Shown in pieces: positions 60,451-64,000 of a stretch of 64,000 nucleotides of DNA. Position numbers and translations under genes: made by a program. The stretch spans positions 49,964,347 to 50,028,346 of the forward strand of contig NC_092386.1 of assembly GCF_030028105.1 (NCBI RefSeq), written 5' to 3'. Each line of letters starts with the position of its first letter. Within the stretch, counting starts at the first letter, position 1. The notes under the pieces are model-generated. The model was not told the DNA's origin. It worked only from the letters and a program-made list of their open reading frames with translations, and ran no database searches. The stretch is from Mobula birostris (Eukaryota).

Positions 60451-60939
60451 AAAAGCAGAAGAGACTTGTGATTAGGCTACATATGATAACTAATGGCTAG
60501 GAAAAGAGGAAGTAAAGTCCTTCCCATTAAAGCTTCAGTTTTTCTCTCCCAACCTGCCCTCCCTTTTCTAGTCAGTCTCTCCTGGTTCATCAACTGCTTG
60601 GAATTTCATAATAGCAAAGAATCTACTCAGTGCCTGAGATACAGTCATGGAAACATAAAATCCCAGAGACAGGGATCCTTCTAAGTTATGAATGCTTCTA
60701 AAAGCATCTCCAACAATGGTACTTTTCTTTACATGCCCACCCAATGTTGGTGAGTATGCGTTTATTTTTACATTTCACTTATATTTGGACTATTGAAATT
60801 TGCATACACTGTCATTTGCAAGCATCTGTGGTTGAAGGTACAGCTTTCTAGGGCTTTCCAATCTATTTCAAATGGTCAAGAAGTGCCTCACGTTCCAAAG
60901 CAGCAAACACAAAATGCTAAAAAATTCTACCCTCCTTGT

Positions 60940-61295
60940 CTTTTTTTCTTTTCCCATTCCAGTCTGCCTTTCACCTCTTCCCTTCTCCTCACCTACCCAT
61001 CAGCTGTCTCTGGTGCCCCTCCTTCTTCGCTTACTCCCATGGGAAACTGTTCTCTCCCATCAGATTACTCCTTCTTCAGCCCTTTCCCTCTTCCACCTAT
61101 CACCTCCCAGCTTCTTACTTCACCCTCTGACACCCCCCAACCACTGACCTCCCCCCGGGCATCTGGTTTCAACGATCGACTGTTTATTCCATATTGACAA
61201 TTTACTCCCCTTTGTAGGTGCTGCCTAACTTACCAAGGTTCTCAAGATATTTGTGTAGGTTACTCAAGATTTCCAGCATCTGCAGTATCTCGTGT
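60940..61295 (+). mobile_element. PLE 3' fragment
   Basis: Pyrimidine-rich PLE 3' region plus tail (agatttccagcatctgcagtatctcgtg); hammerhead largely deleted. Confidence 0.75.
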
Positions 61296-61829
61296 TCTTA
61301 ATTTCCCAAAAGCAGCTTTCTCATGGTACCAGTTCTTTTCATATCTCTTCCTTTTCTGAAATTACCAATTTTTCAGTTTATTCTAAGCTGTACTTTGGTC
61401 CTTGCGTTTTTAAACTTTTCTTCTCAAGATGCACTTAAGTTCCAAATGTTTCTCTAAATCTTCAGTTCCGAATATGTGAAATCTCAAACAGAAAACAACA
61501 GAGTATTCTGTGAATGGAACATTCATTCTCAAGCTGGTTACCAAAAAGGGGGGAAAGTGCAACATTCTTTCAGATAAACCTGGTACAAGTTTGAAATTCC
61601 CCAAGGCAGTGACCGAATTTTAAAATGACATCACCCACATCAAAAACTTTCAGATGCTAGTTGGAACCCAGAGACAGCAAATAGATCACACGTCTAAAGG
61701 ATCTAGATTCAAGAAGCAGCAAAAATCTAGGTCAGCCTACATTGAGGGATAAAGCCGAACAAGGGATTAAACTGAAGCAACTTTGATGGTCATAAAAAAA
61801 AGCCCTAATGACAATTCTAAATACAGCAG

Positions 61830-62005
61830 AAGTATTGTCCATGGTATCCTGGCCGATATTTATTCCTTATTCATCACCAAAGCAGAACCAAGGCTGCTTG
61901 CGCAACCTTGCTCTGCACAAATTAACTCCCATATTTCTCCTGGTGCATCATAAGTTGTGAAGGCACTCGGATGTCCAAATGTCTTTAAAGCAGCTTTTTT
62001 TCTTT
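61830..62005 (+). mobile_element. Deu-type SINE body and 3' tail remnant
   Basis: ggtatcctggccgatatttattcc...cttgctctgcacaaatt...gttgtgaaggcactcggatgtcc. Confidence 0.5.
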
Positions 62006-62414
62006 ATACCAAAACGTAAATTTCTTGATAGCATGGGTTTCCTCCCATGAAAAGCCACCGTATGGATCATGTAAGGTGTGGATACAAGTCAAAGGTATAA
62101 TGATCCAAACTTCCCACAATTTGTAGGGAAAAAGAGAGAAATGGACTGTACACTAGGTATTTAGTGATGGAAAACAGGCAAAAAAAAAATCAAGACTTGC
62201 CCCTGGAGCTTTATTATTGCAGATGAACAGTTAGTGGTATAGAAGGGGATGTTCACAAATTTAAGTACTTAATAAATGCGCAAACATAGAAACAGAGTAA
62301 AATAACTTAAAGCGTAATTTGTTCCCAAGCTACAAATGTTCATTTAATTTGCACAATCTGCTAGTTCAGACCAAAGCCGACAGGGAACTGCACCTTTGCT
62401 GGCCAGGAACCATG

Positions 62415-62451
62415 AAACAAACAAACAAACACACACAAACACACACACACC
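62415..62451. repeat. (AAAC)n/(CA)n microsatellite
   Basis: Read directly from the sequence. Confidence 0.85.
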
Positions 62452-63059
62452 CTAGGGCAACTAAATCCAAGAGTTCTCCGAGTATAATTGGCTGTCAAGA
62501 AATAAGGCATGAAAGTACAAACAAGAAATTCTCAAAATGCTTAGTTTTTGAAATACTAAGAATAAGAGTTAGAGAGGAAAACCAAGCCAATGATCTGTTA
62601 ATCACTTCAGAAGTCATTCAAAATGTGCATCTCATCTCCGCTGTAGATTAAGATACAGAGGTGATCAGTCAGAAAATTCAAATGTTTCTTGGAAAATATC
62701 AAATCCATACGGCTAAGAGTGCAGAGGTTTCATTTGAAGAAAGCAGGCAATAGCCTGAGGGATATGGATACATGCGCTAGCATGTCAATTGATTTTATTC
62801 GGAAGGAAAGCAATAAATTGCAGAAAATTATCTCTAAATACTAAAAAGTTTAAAAATGCCATGATACATCTGTGAAAATTAATTTGATTCCTTTTGCTAT
62901 TTATTCTTGATGTTCTTTTATGATTCATCAACGTGAATAACATTCTACACTTACAAGTTTTTGAGTCAGTAACATTTTTTAATACTCAAATTTTACTGTT
63001 TAACTATTTATCCAATTAAACTAATTAAAATTGAATATTTTATCAGTATCAAAGAGATG

Positions 63060-63620
63060 AACAACAAGTTCCATTTATATGGTAGTTTTATCATGGTAAA
63101 ACATTCCATAGCAGTTCACAGAAGTACCATCAATCTGGTGCTAAAAGACAACGGGAGACATTAGTGCTGATTCTAAAAGCCATCAAAGGGGTGGGCAAAA
63201 CTGGAGGCAGAGCATGAAGGCTTGAAGGAGTGAGTTCTGGGATTATAAAGACTGGCCAGATGAAGTTATAACTGACAGTGTAAAGTGATCAAGTTCAGGT
63301 CCAAGTTTCAATAAAAAGCCCAGAATTGTAGAAGCAATGAGACTAATTAGTTAGAGGCAATTTCTGATCCTCCCGGTCCAAATATCAGACAACTTTGAGA
63401 TAGTGAAGGAACGACAGGTGATTGCCAGATAGAACTAGGAAGGGAGATGTGTGATCAAGGAATGATCCTTGGGGCTGGGGAGGGTTATGGTGAGGCACTC
63501 TTCAGGCTGTAATTGTGACCCACTGCAGGCATCCTCCTGATTGTGACTGGATACTGTTGCTGGAGAACAATGGTGTCAACCAGTCAAGGCTGCAAATAGT
63601 TTTCCTTGTAATGCAGTAGA
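63060..63620 (-). mobile_element. L2-type LINE 3' remnant
   Basis: aacaagttccatttatatggtag...aaaacattccatagcagttcacag resembles a reversed L2 3' end. Confidence 0.45.
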
Positions 63621-64000
63621 TCCAAATTACAGTCACAGCTTTGCCTAGAATAACTGCAGTACTGTGGCAGGGGTCAAACCTGACTCCAAATTTCAAAATA
63701 AGCAGCTCAACACACTTGTGCAGGAATTCAGGACGCTACAATACGTTCAAGGACTTGAGAAAACAGGATATTAAATACATAATACAGAGCAGGAGGCTCT
63801 TTATCACATCAAATCCATACCAGCTCCCTCAAGAGTAATCCTATTATTCACATATCCTCTCACCGTGCTACCCCGAAACATATTTATTCTCTGTCACATG
63901 CCCAACAACTAAGCTTTTGATCAATTTTAGTCCCTTAATCATAAAGGAACTATTTTCAGCAGCTAATTCACCAACCAACGCGCCTTGAGGTATGGGAAGA

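Overview
This is a repeat-dominated vertebrate window, intronic or intergenic. The repeat inventory points to a cartilaginous fish, most likely a batoid (inference, not verified): HER1-type CR1 LINEs, V-SINE/HE1-type and Deu-type SINEs, Penelope-like elements, Rex1/Babar and L2 remnants, Tc1 and pogo/Tigger. I found no recognisable host protein-coding exon. Every long ORF in the track belongs to a disrupted retrotransposon or transposase. Main elements: three fairly young 5'-truncated CR1 LINEs (5340-8066, 18530-20992, 40221-42598); a decayed CR1 retaining ORF1 esterase motifs (46165-49370, minus); a complete but dead Tc1 (35388-37057); three copies of an internally deleted pogo/Tigger; a Tigger4/Zombi-like element; a HERO-type restriction-endonuclease retroposon fragment; and many Penelope-like element (PLE) pieces. 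The most notable non-coding signal is a minimal type-I hammerhead ribozyme motif in the abundant PLE 3' repeat, with consensus CAGUC-CUGAUGA-A-GGGUCUCGGCCC-GAAACGUC^GACUG and a palindromic ACGU helix III. At least 10 copies occur here. None is fully intact, and in the best-preserved copies the defects are CpG-type transitions. Many copies are short ribozyme-plus-tail units or inverted (hairpin) pairs. Boundaries of old repeats were read by eye and are approximate.
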